From the UHGV virus genome UHGV-1632499: a stretch of DNA of 25,341 bases. The stretch is one strand, 5' to 3'. Positions 1-8,526 of this stretch are shown here, piece by piece. Every line of letters starts with the position of its first letter. Positions within the stretch are counted from its first letter, which is position 1. The notes beneath the pieces are model-generated. The model saw only the letters and a list, made by a program, of their open reading frames with translations, did not search any database and was not told the origin of the DNA. The position numbers and the translations under genes were made by a program. Source of the stretch: a virus.

Positions 1-74
1 AGAAGTATGGCTCCCAACTGGAGCTGATATTTCGTTTTATCGATCGCGCGCTGGCGATTGGGGTGTTGGCCTGA
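1..74 (+). CDS. 3' end of an upstream gene, truncated by the window edge; function unknown
   Basis: Open frame runs from the window start to a TGA at 72-74 (...KYGSQLELIFRFIDRALAIGVLA*), directly upstream of Q. No similarity recognised. Confidence 0.25.
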   Translation, partial: KYGSQLELIFRFIDRALAIGVLA

Positions 75-91
75 TTTGGTGGAGAAAGTTG

Positions 92-457
92 ATGCGTGAT
101 ATTCAGATGGTTCTGGAGCGTTGGGGAGCATGGGCGGCGAGTGATAGTTCTGGAGTAGACTATTCGCCTATAGCTGCTGGGTTTAAGGGGCTTCTTCCCT
201 ACACAAGCAAAACACGTCAGGCTTGTTCAGATAGTGATGCATTAATTATTGAAGGTTGTCTTGCTCGTCTAAAGCAAAAAAAGCCAGATGAGCACTCGCT
301 GCTTGTGGCACATTATTTATACAGAATATCCAAGCGTAAGATTGCAAAGGTGCGTGGAAAGGATGAAAAATTGGTACGCATAGAAATACAACTAGCCGAA
401 GGATTTATTGATGGTTGCCTTTCAATGTTGGATGTTAACCTTGAAATGGACGCTTAG
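92..457 (+). CDS. Q: Late-gene antitermination protein Q (short Q family)
   Basis: N-terminus MRDIQMVLERWGAWAA... matches my recollection of short Q antiterminators in E. coli prophages. GGAGAAAG lies upstream of the ATG at 92 (the ORF track begins at a TTG at 89). Position just upstream of the lysis cassette fits. Confidence 0.75.
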   Translation: MRDIQMVLERWGAWAASDSSGVDYSPIAAGFKGLLPYTSKTRQACSDSDALIIEGCLARLKQKKPDEHSLLVAHYLYRISKRKIAKVRGKDEKLVRIEIQLAEGFIDGCLSMLDVNLEMDA

Positions 458-463
458 GGTTGC

Positions 464-493
464 ACAGGTTGGCCCCATATGAGGCCAACCTGT
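464..493. terminator. Perfect 11-bp stem hairpin between convergent Q and the antisense cassette; candidate bidirectional terminator or insulator
   Basis: ACAGGTTGGCC (464-474), 8-nt loop, GGCCAACCTGT (483-493). Sits directly after the Q stop and abuts the stop (493-495) of the minus-strand membrane-protein gene. No canonical U-tract immediately follows on either strand. Confidence 0.35.
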
Positions 494-942
494 CACAAGT
501 GGGGGAAGATTTTTCGTAACACTAACCAACACCTTCCGAAGGTATATAGCGAAATTATAAGGGAGGATAAGCCTAACAGTATGAACAGGAAATCAATAGG
601 TTTGCCCGCAACAATAACATCATCAGGTAGAAACATCGCTATCAATGGAAATATACATGCGACGATGAGAGTTAACCCTGTTGAAAGTAATCTATTTACC
701 AGAGTTGGTAACACGTTGTTTTGCTTAAGGGCATTAATTGCTCCTTCCTTATCGCTGTTTGCACTACTAAATATAGATATTGCAGCCAGAACAAAACCAA
801 ACAGGATGCCTGATATAGTCGAGAGCACCCCCGCTGTTGTGAGTACGTCAGCATGCTTCATCGGTTTAAACAGTTTTGTCGCTGCATAGGTCAACAGAAT
901 CCAGAGGACGCATTTCCAGAGAAAAGTGGCTAATTCTCTCAT
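493..942 (-). CDS. Small integral membrane protein with about four predicted TM helices; second gene of an antisense two-gene cargo operon
   Basis: ORF track gives 493..954. The internal ATG at 942 is preferred because GGAGGA sits 4 nt upstream of it. Four hydrophobic stretches (FLWKCVLWILLTYAATKLF; VLSTISGILFGFVLAAISIF; LLSTGLTLIVACIFPLIAMFL; IDFLFILLGLSSLIISLYTF). AT-rich compared with neighbouring phage genes. Confidence 0.7.
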   Translation of the reverse strand: MRELATFLWKCVLWILLTYAATKLFKPMKHADVLTTAGVLSTISGILFGFVLAAISIFSSANSDKEGAINALKQNNVLPTLVNRLLSTGLTLIVACIFPLIAMFLPDDVIVAGKPIDFLFILLGLSSLIISLYTFGRCWLVLRKIFPHL

Positions 943-963
943 TGTGTCCTCCATGCTTGGTTA

Positions 964-1905
964 TTAGTCTCTGCTAGCGAGCTCATACTGTGCAAGATAG
1001 TTCGCGTTATCAATTTTAGCAGATATCATCGCCGTTCTGATATCAGAATCGGATGGATAACCGCTTTTGACAATGATTGTCTTTGTACTGACCAATACTT
1101 GGTCAAGTAGACTTTTGGGCGTTCTATTGGATGGCTCTGTTACATCAATTTTTTTAATTTTTAGACCTCCAGAACCTTTTGGAAAAAGTTCAAGTAGTTC
1201 CTTAATAGCATCGGTGACAGAAGTTTTTAGATAGTTAAACCCTTGTTTTTTCGGGCGAATCCGACCTCGCATATTTAATCTTAGATGCGACCCGCCCATA
1301 CCAACAACCATGTCAATAATTTCATTAGCTAAAGGGTTTTTAATCTTATAATTAGCTTTGTTAAAGTTTCTTGGAGCAGCAACTATAAGATCGAAACTAC
1401 GTAGGATATTTCCGTCCTCAAGCAGTTCCTTCATGCTCTCTTGTTTCCAAATGGCTTCAAAAGTGACGCTTTTTAAATCAGTTTTGTTATACAAAATGAA
1501 TGCCAGATCATTTACTTTGGGCCCTATATGGTTGAGGGTCATAGCTAATAAGTCCGTTTCGTAGTAATAGATAAAATATGTTCTTTCAACTACAGAATCT
1601 TTATCATTTAAAGGAATTGTTCTCTCACTACCTGTAGCATCCTCGATGAACGGTAGTAGGCATTCCCTTCTCCACGATACGTAACCAAAGTAACATTGCA
1701 GTGTGGTATCTTTTTGAAGAATAACTAACTTTAACCCTCGATTTGGGGTGTCTGTTGTGTAAGTTATTGGAAAAGTTACAGTATCTGCTGTGGTCATTTG
1801 CTCAAAGGCTAGTTTTGCAGCAGATGTGCCATCTTTTTTGCTTCCATTACCAGTGAAAAAACCAACTCTCACTCGCCTGGTTTTATTCTTATTTTCTGTA
1901 CTCAT
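964..1905 (-). CDS. Hypothetical 313-aa soluble protein of unknown function; first gene of the antisense two-gene cargo operon
   Basis: Long uninterrupted ORF on the minus strand, followed 21 nt later by the membrane-protein gene (operon-like spacing). AT-rich. No motif I can assign; no GS...DxD nucleotidyltransferase signature, no obvious nuclease or ATPase motif. Confidence 0.7.
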   Translation of the reverse strand: MSTENKNKTRRVRVGFFTGNGSKKDGTSAAKLAFEQMTTADTVTFPITYTTDTPNRGLKLVILQKDTTLQCYFGYVSWRRECLLPFIEDATGSERTIPLNDKDSVVERTYFIYYYETDLLAMTLNHIGPKVNDLAFILYNKTDLKSVTFEAIWKQESMKELLEDGNILRSFDLIVAAPRNFNKANYKIKNPLANEIIDMVVGMGGSHLRLNMRGRIRPKKQGFNYLKTSVTDAIKELLELFPKGSGGLKIKKIDVTEPSNRTPKSLLDQVLVSTKTIIVKSGYPSDSDIRTAMISAKIDNANYLAQYELASRD

Positions 1906-1965
1906 TATCGATCCGAAATAATTTTAGCAACCGTGTGAAAAATACAACAAAAAAAAGAGGAAATC

Positions 1966-1994
1966 ATTAGCGCGGTCCGCAAAAAACATTGTAA
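1966..1994 (+). promoter_or_regulatory. Candidate sigma70 late promoter (pR'-like) upstream of the terminator and lysis genes
   Basis: TTAGCG (1966-1971), 17-bp spacer, TGTAAT (1989-1994). Located where a Q-dependent late promoter is expected. Match to consensus is weak. Confidence 0.2.
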
Positions 1995-2027
1995 TCTGTT
2001 AAGAGTGGTTACTTCGCCACACAGCTT

Positions 2028-2057
2028 AAACCCGCCGTCGAGCGGGTTTTGTCGTTT
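2028..2057 (+). terminator. Rho-independent terminator, probably the tR'-like late terminator that Q reads through
   Basis: AAACCCGC (2028-2035), 6-nt loop, GCGGGTTT (2042-2049), then a T-rich tract TGTCGTTTCTG. Lies between Q and the holin, as tR' does in lambdoid phages. Confidence 0.55.
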
Positions 2058-2201
2058 CTGTGGCTGGGGATTCGTTGGTCCTGGCCTATTCCGCAGTTCT
2101 CCATCGGTTCGGCTTCTTTGATGTTTCCGCTTCTGATTTGCGGTACATGATGTTCCCTCAATTTGCACCTGCTGTATCAGCGAGGTGAGAGATAACTACA
2201 A

Positions 2202-2528
2202 ATGCCTCATAACCCAAATACCTGGCTGGAGTTGGTCCAGAGCTGGTGGCGTGGAGACACACCGCTGGGCGCAGTGATTATGTCGATCGTTATGGCTGGC
2301 TTGCGCATTGCCTATTTTGGCGGTGGTGGTGGCTGGAAACGAAAAACGCTCGAGATTTTGCTCTGTGGTGCTCTGACGCTGACTTTTGCATCCGCTCTTG
2401 AGTATGTCGGATGGCCTAAATCTCTTTCTGTTGCCATTGGTGGCGGCGTTGGGCTGATCGGGGTCGATGCTATTCGTGGGGCTGCAATGAGAGTAATCGG
2501 TAATAAGTTTGGTGGCTCTAAGGAGTAA
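2202..2528 (+). CDS. Holin (class I, three predicted TM segments)
   Basis: 108 aa with three hydrophobic segments and a charged C-terminus, immediately upstream of the R endolysin. GAGGTGAGAG lies upstream of the ATG. Confidence 0.75.
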   Translation: MPHNPNTWLELVQSWWRGDTPLGAVIMSIVMAGLRIAYFGGGGGWKRKTLEILLCGALTLTFASALEYVGWPKSLSVAIGGGVGLIGVDAIRGAAMRVIGNKFGGSKE

Positions 2529-2531
2529 TTT

Positions 2532-3014
2532 ATGCAGGTACTAAATTCCCAGCGTAAAGCTTTCCTCGATATGGTGGCATGGTCAGAAGGAACGGATAAC
2601 GGGCGACAACCGACACGTAACCACGGTTATGACGTTATTGTCGGAGGTGAACTGTTCACTGATTACTCCGATCACCCTCGCAAACTTGTCACGCTAAACC
2701 CGAAACTTAAATCAACAGCCGCAGGACGTTATCAGCTTCTTTCACGCTGGTGGGATGCTTACCGTAAGCAGCTTGGGCTGAAAGACTTCTCTCCAAAAAG
2801 CCAGGATGCTGTGGCATTGCAGCAGATTAAAGAGCGTGGTGCTTTACCGATGATTGATCGCGGCGATATCCGTCAGGCTATTGATCGTTGCAGCAATATC
2901 TGGGCGTCATTGCCGGGCGCTGGTTATGGTCAGTTCGAACATAAGGTTGACAGCCTGATTGAAAAATTCAAAGAATCGGGCGGAACGGTCAGAGAAATTC
3001 AGCTATATGAGTAG
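2532..3014 (+). CDS. R: Endolysin, lambda R-type lytic transglycosylase
   Basis: Near-identical over most of its length to lambda R as I recall it ([134 protein letters not shown]). AAGGAG RBS upstream. Confidence 0.95.
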   Translation: MQVLNSQRKAFLDMVAWSEGTDNGRQPTRNHGYDVIVGGELFTDYSDHPRKLVTLNPKLKSTAAGRYQLLSRWWDAYRKQLGLKDFSPKSQDAVALQQIKERGALPMIDRGDIRQAIDRCSNIWASLPGAGYGQFEHKVDSLIEKFKESGGTVREIQLYE

Positions 3015-3471
3015 AGTAACTGCGATTCTGTCCTCTCTGGTTATCTGCACCATCGTCTGCCTATCATGGGCTGTTAATCATTATCGTGATAACGCCATCG
3101 CCTACAAAGAACAGCGCGATAAAGCGAAGGAAAAACTCAGCCAGGCGAACGCCACCATTACTGAGATGCAGCAGCGCCAGCGTGATGTTTCTGCGCTCGA
3201 TGCGAAATACACCGGAGAACTTGCAAATGCTAAAGCAACTATTGAACAGCTTCAGCGTGATGTTGCTGTTGGCACTAAGCGGCTGTTCCTCGCCGCTAGT
3301 TGCCCGAGAGTGCAATCAACGACCATTACCACCAGCCTGGATGATGCTACCGCCCCCCGACTTACTGACACCGCTCAACGGGATTATTTCACCCTCAGAG
3401 AGAGAATTGAAATCAGTTATAAACAGATAAGAGCATTGCAGGACTATATCTCTAGTCAGTGTGAAAAATAA
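3007..3471 (+). CDS. Rz: Rz inner-membrane spanin (i-spanin)
   Basis: [34 protein letters not shown]... closely resembles lambda Rz. The start overlaps the R stop as in lambda. ORF track begins earlier, at 2959. Confidence 0.9.
   Translation: MSRVTAILSSLVICTIVCLSWAVNHYRDNAIAYKEQRDKAKEKLSQANATITEMQQRQRDVSALDAKYTGELANAKATIEQLQRDVAVGTKRLFLAASCPRVQSTTITTSLDDATAPRLTDTAQRDYFTLRERIEISYKQIRALQDYISSQCEK
3227..3430 (+). CDS. Rz1: Rz1 outer-membrane lipoprotein spanin (o-spanin), embedded in the +1 frame of Rz
   Basis: Within ORF 3086..3430, the internal ATG at 3227 gives [22 protein letters not shown]... (lipobox LSGC) followed by a proline-rich [26 protein letters not shown], like lambda Rz1. Confidence 0.85.
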   Translation: MLKQLLNSFSVMLLLALSGCSSPLVARECNQRPLPPAWMMLPPPDLLTPLNGIISPSERELKSVINR

Positions 3472-3528
3472 AATTGCTTTCGATGTATGGATCTGGACAT
3501 CTTTTTTTTCTACTATGCTGACTGAGAA

Positions 3529-4311
3529 TTGAAACGTATATGGATATTCTATATGAAAAGAAAAAAATTAGAAGGTCCCGGGTGTGAATCATATGAAGGG
3601 TTAGATGTTGAATATTATATTGATTCCGAAACGGGGGAATTTAAAGCGGTTTATACATTCAATAATGAAATTGTAGATCGCATAAAATTGAGTGGGCGTA
3701 TTGCCGATAGAGCATCTTCACTGTCCCTAATTCATAGGGACTTAAAAAGTGCTAAAGAGTGGTACCAAATAGCTAATGAACTGGCAGGGAGAAATGAATT
3801 AAGGACAGATGGCAAGTTATACGGGAATATACTTGATCTAGATTTATCAAGTGAAATTAGAGCGTTATTTGTGGCAAGCCTAACGTTTTATGGTAAAGCT
3901 TTCTCTGAAGCTAAAGGGAGAAAGTTAAAGATGGAGCGTGATTGGCTTGATTCTGAATATTTTGGGTTGCATGACTGTATTATTAACTACAGGCATAATT
4001 TTGCAGCACATAGCGGCAACCAAGACTATGAGTCAGCAGAAACTTCATTGTTACTAATAAGGAAAAATGGGAAAACATTTTATCAAGCAGTGACAGATAG
4101 AAAACAACTGAGCATGATTGGTGTCGAGGACGAGCATGTTGATATGATTAATTTATTTGAACATGCGATACAGGTTGTTGAGAAAAAATATAATGAAACA
4201 TTAGAGAGAATTAGAACCTATGTCATGCAAAAGAGTTATTCTTTTTGGTGTTTAGCTGCCACAGGGAAAGATCCCGTCAATTTAGATAAGTTAAATAAGA
4301 AGAAAAAATAA
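3529..4311 (+). CDS. Hypothetical 260-aa protein; AT-rich orphan cargo gene between spanins and the packaging module
   Basis: Strongly AT-rich and lysine-rich ORF unlike its neighbours, followed by its own terminator. ORF track start at 3529 is a TTG; the first ATG is at 3553 (MKRKKLEGPG...). No family recognised. Confidence 0.65.
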   Translation: MKRIWIFYMKRKKLEGPGCESYEGLDVEYYIDSETGEFKAVYTFNNEIVDRIKLSGRIADRASSLSLIHRDLKSAKEWYQIANELAGRNELRTDGKLYGNILDLDLSSEIRALFVASLTFYGKAFSEAKGRKLKMERDWLDSEYFGLHDCIINYRHNFAAHSGNQDYESAETSLLLIRKNGKTFYQAVTDRKQLSMIGVEDEHVDMINLFEHAIQVVEKKYNETLERIRTYVMQKSYSFWCLAATGKDPVNLDKLNKKKK

Positions 4312-4347
4312 ACCTACTCTTCACATTAGTAACATTAGTAGATGCTA

Positions 4348-4377
4348 AGCCACTAGCAATCGATGGTGGCTTTTTTA
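4348..4377 (+). terminator. Rho-independent terminator downstream of the 260-aa cargo gene
   Basis: AGCCAC (4348-4353), loop, GTGGCT (4366-4371), running into TTTTTTATT. Confidence 0.5.
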
Positions 4378-4390
4378 TTGGAGCTTACCA

Positions 4391-4741
4391 ATGCCACCAC
4401 GAACCCCAAAAGCCTGCCGTGTTCGCGGCTGCCGCTCTACAACCACAGACCCGTCAGGCTACTGCGAAAGCCACAAAAGCGAAGGCTGGAAGCAATACAA
4501 GCCAGGTCAGTCCCGTCATCAGCGCGGTTATGGTTCGAAGTGGGACGCTATCCGCGCGCGTGTGCTGAAGCGTGACAAAGGTTTATGTCAGTTATGTCTG
4601 CGTGCCGGTGTGGTGCGTGAGGCGAAAACCGTTGACCACATCATCCCTAAAGCGCATGGCGGCACTGATGCCGACTGTAATCTGCAGAGTCTGTGTTGGC
4701 CGTGTCATAAGGCGAAGACGGCCCGTGAACGGTTAAAGTGA
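4391..4741 (+). CDS. HNH homing-type endonuclease associated with the terminase
   Basis: Cys-rich N-terminus (CRVRGCRSTTTDPSGYCESH), HNH core (DHIIPKAHGG...NLQSLCWPCH), and position directly upstream of the terminase small subunit as in HK97-like packaging modules. Confidence 0.85.
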   Translation: MPPRTPKACRVRGCRSTTTDPSGYCESHKSEGWKQYKPGQSRHQRGYGSKWDAIRARVLKRDKGLCQLCLRAGVVREAKTVDHIIPKAHGGTDADCNLQSLCWPCHKAKTARERLK

Positions 4742-4767
4742 TAATAACTCTCAACTGTCTGAGGGGA

Positions 4768-4827
4768 GGGGCGGGTCACATCCCTGTGACCTGACGTCTT
4801 CCGGACTGCCCGCCCCATCGTTTTTTT
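4768..4827 (+). terminator. Nested hairpin plus T-tract between HNH and terS; terminator and/or cos-region structure
   Basis: Outer stem GGGGCGGG (4768-4775) pairs with CCCGCCCC (4809-4816). Inner palindromes GTCACA/TGTGAC and TCCGGA. Followed by ATCGTTTTTTTATA. Confidence 0.4.
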
Positions 4828-4866
4828 ATACCCGCGAAAAATGAAATTTAACCAGGAGTGCCGCAT

Positions 4867-5361
4867 ATGGCTGGAACGGCGGGGCGTTCCGGGCGTCGCC
4901 CCAAGCCAACGGCGCGCAAGGCGTTGGCCGGAAACCCCGGCAAGCGAGCCCTGAACAAAGATGAACCTGTTTTTACGCCCATCAAAGGTGTTGAGCCACC
5001 GGAGTGGTTCGCAGAAGAAGATCTCCCTCTCGCCACGATCATGTGGCAACTGACAACCAAAGAACTCTGCGGTCAGGGCCTGCTGTGCGTGACTGACCTG
5101 GCGGTACTTGAGCGGTGGTGCGTGGCCTATGAGTTCTGGCGACGTGCCGTGAAAAATATTGCCAGACAGGGCAACACCATCACCGGTGCAATGGGCGGCA
5201 GGCTCAAAAACCCGGAGCTGACCGCCAAGAAAGAACAGGAGTCCGAGATGAGCAGCACGGGGGCAATGCTCGGACTCGACCCCAGCAGCCGCCAGCGTCT
5301 GATAGGCCTGGCGGGGCAGAAGAAAGCCACTAACCCGTTTCTGAAAATCATCGAATCATGA
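4867..5361 (+). CDS. Terminase small subunit
   Basis: [27 protein letters not shown]... is a typical small-terminase N-terminus. AGGAG lies 8 nt upstream of the ATG at 4867 (ORF track starts at a GTG at 4858). Stop overlaps the terL start. Confidence 0.85.
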   Translation: MAGTAGRSGRRPKPTARKALAGNPGKRALNKDEPVFTPIKGVEPPEWFAEEDLPLATIMWQLTTKELCGQGLLCVTDLAVLERWCVAYEFWRRAVKNIARQGNTITGAMGGRLKNPELTAKKEQESEMSSTGAMLGLDPSSRQRLIGLAGQKKATNPFLKIIES

Positions 5362-7091
5362 GCCGGAAATCTTACCCCAACGTAAATGCTGCCAATCAGT
5401 ATGCCCGTGATGTCGTGCGCGGAAAGATTGTGGCCTGCCAGTTTGTGATTCAGGCCTGCCAGCGCCATCTTGATGACCTGATGGCGGAAAAAAGTAAGTC
5501 GTTTCGTTACCGCTTCGACAAGGACCTGGCTGAACGGGCCGCCAAATTTATTCAGCTGTTGCCGCACACCAAGGGTGAGTGGGCATTCAAGAGGATGCCC
5601 ATCACGCTGGAGCCGTGGCAGCTCTTTGTGATCTGCTGCGCGTTTGGCTGGGTCAATAAAGGCTCCCGGCTGCGCCGCTTCCGTGAGGTGTATACCGAAA
5701 TCCCCCGTAAGAACGGCAAATCGGCAATCTCTGCCGGTGTTGCCCTGTATTGTTTTGCCTGTGATAACGAGTTTGGCGCGGAAGTGTATTCCGGTGCCAC
5801 GACAGAGAAACAGGCGTGGGAAGTCTTTCGCCCGGCGCGACTGATGTGTAAACGCACACCCATGCTGACGGAAGCGTTCGGGATTGAGGTTAACGCCTCA
5901 AACATGAATCGTCCGGAGGATGGCGCGCGGTTTGAACCGCTGATCGGTAACCCCGGTGATGGTTCATCACCCCACTGTGCGGTGGTGGATGAATATCACG
6001 AGCACGCCACCGATGCGCTTTACACCACGATGCTTACCGGGATGGGGGCGAGACGTCAGCCACTGATGTGGGCCATTACTACTGCCGGGTACAACATTGA
6101 GGGGCCGTGCTACGACAAGCGACGGGAAGTTATCGAGATGCTCAACGGGTCGGTACCCAACGATGAACTGTTCGGGATCATCTATACCGTTGACGAAGGC
6201 GATGACTGGACCGACCCGCAGGTGCTGGAAAAAGCTAACCCGAATATTGGCGTGTCGGTTTATCGCGAATTTTTGTTAAGTCAGCAGCAGCGTGCGAAAA
6301 ATAACGCCCGTCTGGCAAACGTCTTTAAAACAAAACACCTCAATATCTGGGTGTCGGCGCGTTCGGCGTATTTCAACCTGGTGAGCTGGCAGAGCTGCGA
6401 GGATAAATCACTGACCCTTGAGCAGTTCGAGGGGCAGCCGTGCATTCTGGCCTTTGACCTGGCGCGTAAGCTGGATATGAACAGCATGGCGCGACTTTAT
6501 ACCCGCGAGATTGACGGTAAAACGCATTACTACAGTGTGGCCCCGCGTTTCTGGGTACCGTATGACACGGTGTACAGCGTCGAGAAAAATGAAGATCGCC
6601 GGACAGCCGAACGCTTTCAGAAATGGGTGGAAATGGGCGTCCTGACCGTTACCGATGGTGCGGAGGTGGATTATCGCTACATCCTCGAGGAGGCCAAAGC
6701 GGCGAACAAAATCAGCCCGGTCAGTGAGTCACCCATCGACCCCTTCGGGGCGACCGGGTTGTCACATGACCTTGCTGATGAAGGCCTGAATCCCGTTACT
6801 ATCATTCAGAACTACACCAACATGTCCGACCCGATGAAAGAGCTGGAAGCGGCAATTGAATCGGGGCGCTTTCATCATGATGGCAATCCCATCATGACCT
6901 GGTGTATCGGCAACGTGGTCGGCAAAACCATTCCGGGTAACGATGATGTGGTGAAGCCCGTCAAAGAGCAGGCGGAAAACAAAATCGACGGTGCAGTTGC
7001 GCTGATTATGGCGGTTGGCAGAGCCATGCTGTACGAGAAAGAAGACACGCTGTCTGACCACATTGAGTCCTACGGGATCCGCTCGCTTTAA
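5358..7091 (+). CDS. Terminase large subunit (ATPase and nuclease)
   Basis: 577 aa, with a Walker A-like PRKNGKS, an acidic VVDEYHE motif, and a C-terminal nuclease-like region. Order terS-terL-portal. Confidence 0.95.
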   Translation: MSRKSYPNVNAANQYARDVVRGKIVACQFVIQACQRHLDDLMAEKSKSFRYRFDKDLAERAAKFIQLLPHTKGEWAFKRMPITLEPWQLFVICCAFGWVNKGSRLRRFREVYTEIPRKNGKSAISAGVALYCFACDNEFGAEVYSGATTEKQAWEVFRPARLMCKRTPMLTEAFGIEVNASNMNRPEDGARFEPLIGNPGDGSSPHCAVVDEYHEHATDALYTTMLTGMGARRQPLMWAITTAGYNIEGPCYDKRREVIEMLNGSVPNDELFGIIYTVDEGDDWTDPQVLEKANPNIGVSVYREFLLSQQQRAKNNARLANVFKTKHLNIWVSARSAYFNLVSWQSCEDKSLTLEQFEGQPCILAFDLARKLDMNSMARLYTREIDGKTHYYSVAPRFWVPYDTVYSVEKNEDRRTAERFQKWVEMGVLTVTDGAEVDYRYILEEAKAANKISPVSESPIDPFGATGLSHDLADEGLNPVTIIQNYTNMSDPMKELEAAIESGRFHHDGNPIMTWCIGNVVGKTIPGNDDVVKPVKEQAENKIDGAVALIMAVGRAMLYEKEDTLSDHIESYGIRSL

Positions 7092-7102
7092 CTGAGGTAA
7101 TT

Positions 7103-7285
7103 ATGATCATGCTGATTCTCGCGCCTCTGGTGGGCGTGCTGGGGGCGCTTTTGCTGGCGTATGGTGCCTGGCTGATTTATCCCCCGGCGGGGTTTGTTGT
7201 TGCCGGGGCGTTGTGCCTGTTCTGGTCGTGGCTGGTGGCGCGATATCTCGACCGTACACAGCTGTCTGTTGGTGGAGGTAAATAG
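7103..7285 (+). CDS. Small hydrophobic membrane protein between terminase and portal
   Basis: 60 aa, two hydrophobic helices, GAGGT RBS, stop overlaps the portal start. Confidence 0.5.
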   Translation: MIMLILAPLVGVLGALLLAYGAWLIYPPAGFVVAGALCLFWSWLVARYLDRTQLSVGGGK

Positions 7286-8526
7286 TGTTCTTTTCGGGAT
7301 TATTTCAACGAAAAAGTGACGCACCGGTGACCACGCCAGCAGAGCTGGCGGATGCCATCGGGTTGTCCTACGACACCTATACCGGAAAGCAGATCAGCAG
7401 CCAGCGGGCCATGCGACTGACGGCGGTTTTTTCCTGCGTCAGGGTGCTGGCAGAGTCGGTCGGGATGTTGCCCTGCAATCTGTATCACCTGAACGGCAGC
7501 CTGAAACAGAGAGCCACCGGCGAACGTCTGCATAAGCTGATCTCCACGCATCCCAATGGCTATATGACGCCGCAGGAGTTCTGGGAGCTGGTGGTCACCT
7601 GTCTGTGCCTGCGGGGCAACTTTTACGCCTACAAAGTGAAAGCATTTGGCGAAGTGGCTGAACTGCTGCCCGTCGACCCCGGTTGTGTGGTACCGAAGCT
7701 TAACAGTAGCTGGGAACCGGTTTACCAGGTCACATTCCCGGATGGCTCCACGGATGTACTGAGCCAGGAGGATATCTGGCATGTGCGCACGCTGACGCTG
7801 GACGGACTGGTGGGGCTGAATCCCATCGCCTATGCCCGCGAGGCAATATCGCTGGCGGCAGCGACCGAAGAGCACGGGGCCAGACTGTTCAGCAATGGCG
7901 CGGTGACGTCGGGTGTGTTGCGTACAGAGCAGACGCTGTCAGATCAGGCTTATGAGCGCCTGAAGAAAGATTTTGAGGAGCGTCACACCGGGCTTGGCAA
8001 TGCTCACCGCCCGATGATCCTTGAGATGGGGCTGGACTGGAAGTCGATGGCGCTGAACGCCGAGGACAGCCAGTTCCTGGAAACCCGCAAGTTTCAGCTT
8101 GAAGAAATCTGTCGTCTGTTCCGGGTGCCGTTGCACATGGTGCAGAACACCGATCGCGCCACCTTCAACAATATCGAAGAGCTGGGGCTGGGATTTATCA
8201 ACTATTCACTGGTGCCGTATCTGACCCGCATCGAACAGCGGATCAACACCGGACTGGTACGAAAAAGTAAGCAGGGCGTTTATTACGCCAAATTTAACGC
8301 CGGGGCGTTACTGCGCGGGGATATGAAGTCCCGTTTTGAAGCCTACGCCACCGGGATCAACTGGGGAATTTACTCTCCCAATGACTGCCGCGACCTGGAA
8401 GATATGAATCCGCGTCCCGGTGGTGATGTCTATCTCACACCGATGAACATGACCACGAAACCCTCCGATGGCAGTAAGGCCGGTAAGCAGAAGGATAACG
8501 CCAATGCAGACGAAACAACGTCTTGA
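7285..8526 (+). CDS. Portal protein (HK97 family)
   Basis: 413 aa at the expected position and size. GTG start preceded by GGAGGT. Confidence 0.9.
   Translation: MFFSGLFQRKSDAPVTTPAELADAIGLSYDTYTGKQISSQRAMRLTAVFSCVRVLAESVGMLPCNLYHLNGSLKQRATGERLHKLISTHPNGYMTPQEFWELVVTCLCLRGNFYAYKVKAFGEVAELLPVDPGCVVPKLNSSWEPVYQVTFPDGSTDVLSQEDIWHVRTLTLDGLVGLNPIAYAREAISLAAATEEHGARLFSNGAVTSGVLRTEQTLSDQAYERLKKDFEERHTGLGNAHRPMILEMGLDWKSMALNAEDSQFLETRKFQLEEICRLFRVPLHMVQNTDRATFNNIEELGLGFINYSLVPYLTRIEQRINTGLVRKSKQGVYYAKFNAGALLRGDMKSRFEAYATGINWGIYSPNDCRDLEDMNPRPGGDVYLTPMNMTTKPSDGSKAGKQKDNANADETTS

Noticed and set aside
479-889. 136-aa + strand ORF antisense to the 4-TM membrane-protein gene
   Set aside because: Fully embedded antisense in a better-supported gene, with no RBS; AT-rich sequence gives long chance frames.
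493-1905. Assigning the two-gene cassette to Kiwa (KwaA/KwaB) or to lambda RexA/RexB
   Set aside because: Only the architecture is similar. The gene order is opposite to Kiwa and I see no sequence-level match I can defend without an HMM search. Left as an unassigned candidate system.
1905-2168. 87-aa minus-strand ORF in the Q-to-holin intergenic region
   Set aside because: It overlaps the terminator hairpin and candidate late promoter, has no RBS, and is Arg/Pro-rich low-complexity sequence. More likely a chance ORF in regulatory DNA.
3472-3528. Sigma70 promoter for the 260-aa cargo gene
   Set aside because: Candidate hexamers (TTGCTT or TGGACA with TACTAT or ACATCT) have poor spacing or poor match. 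Too weak to annotate without transcript mapping.
4363-4575. 70-aa ORF overlapping the HNH endonuclease start in another frame
   Set aside because: The HNH frame has clear catalytic motifs and an RBS; this frame does not.
5127-7061. Several minus-strand and alternative-frame ORFs inside the terminase genes (for example 5127..5567, 5552..5905, 6762..7061)
   Set aside because: All lie within the terS/terL frames on the opposite strand or an alternative frame, with no independent support.
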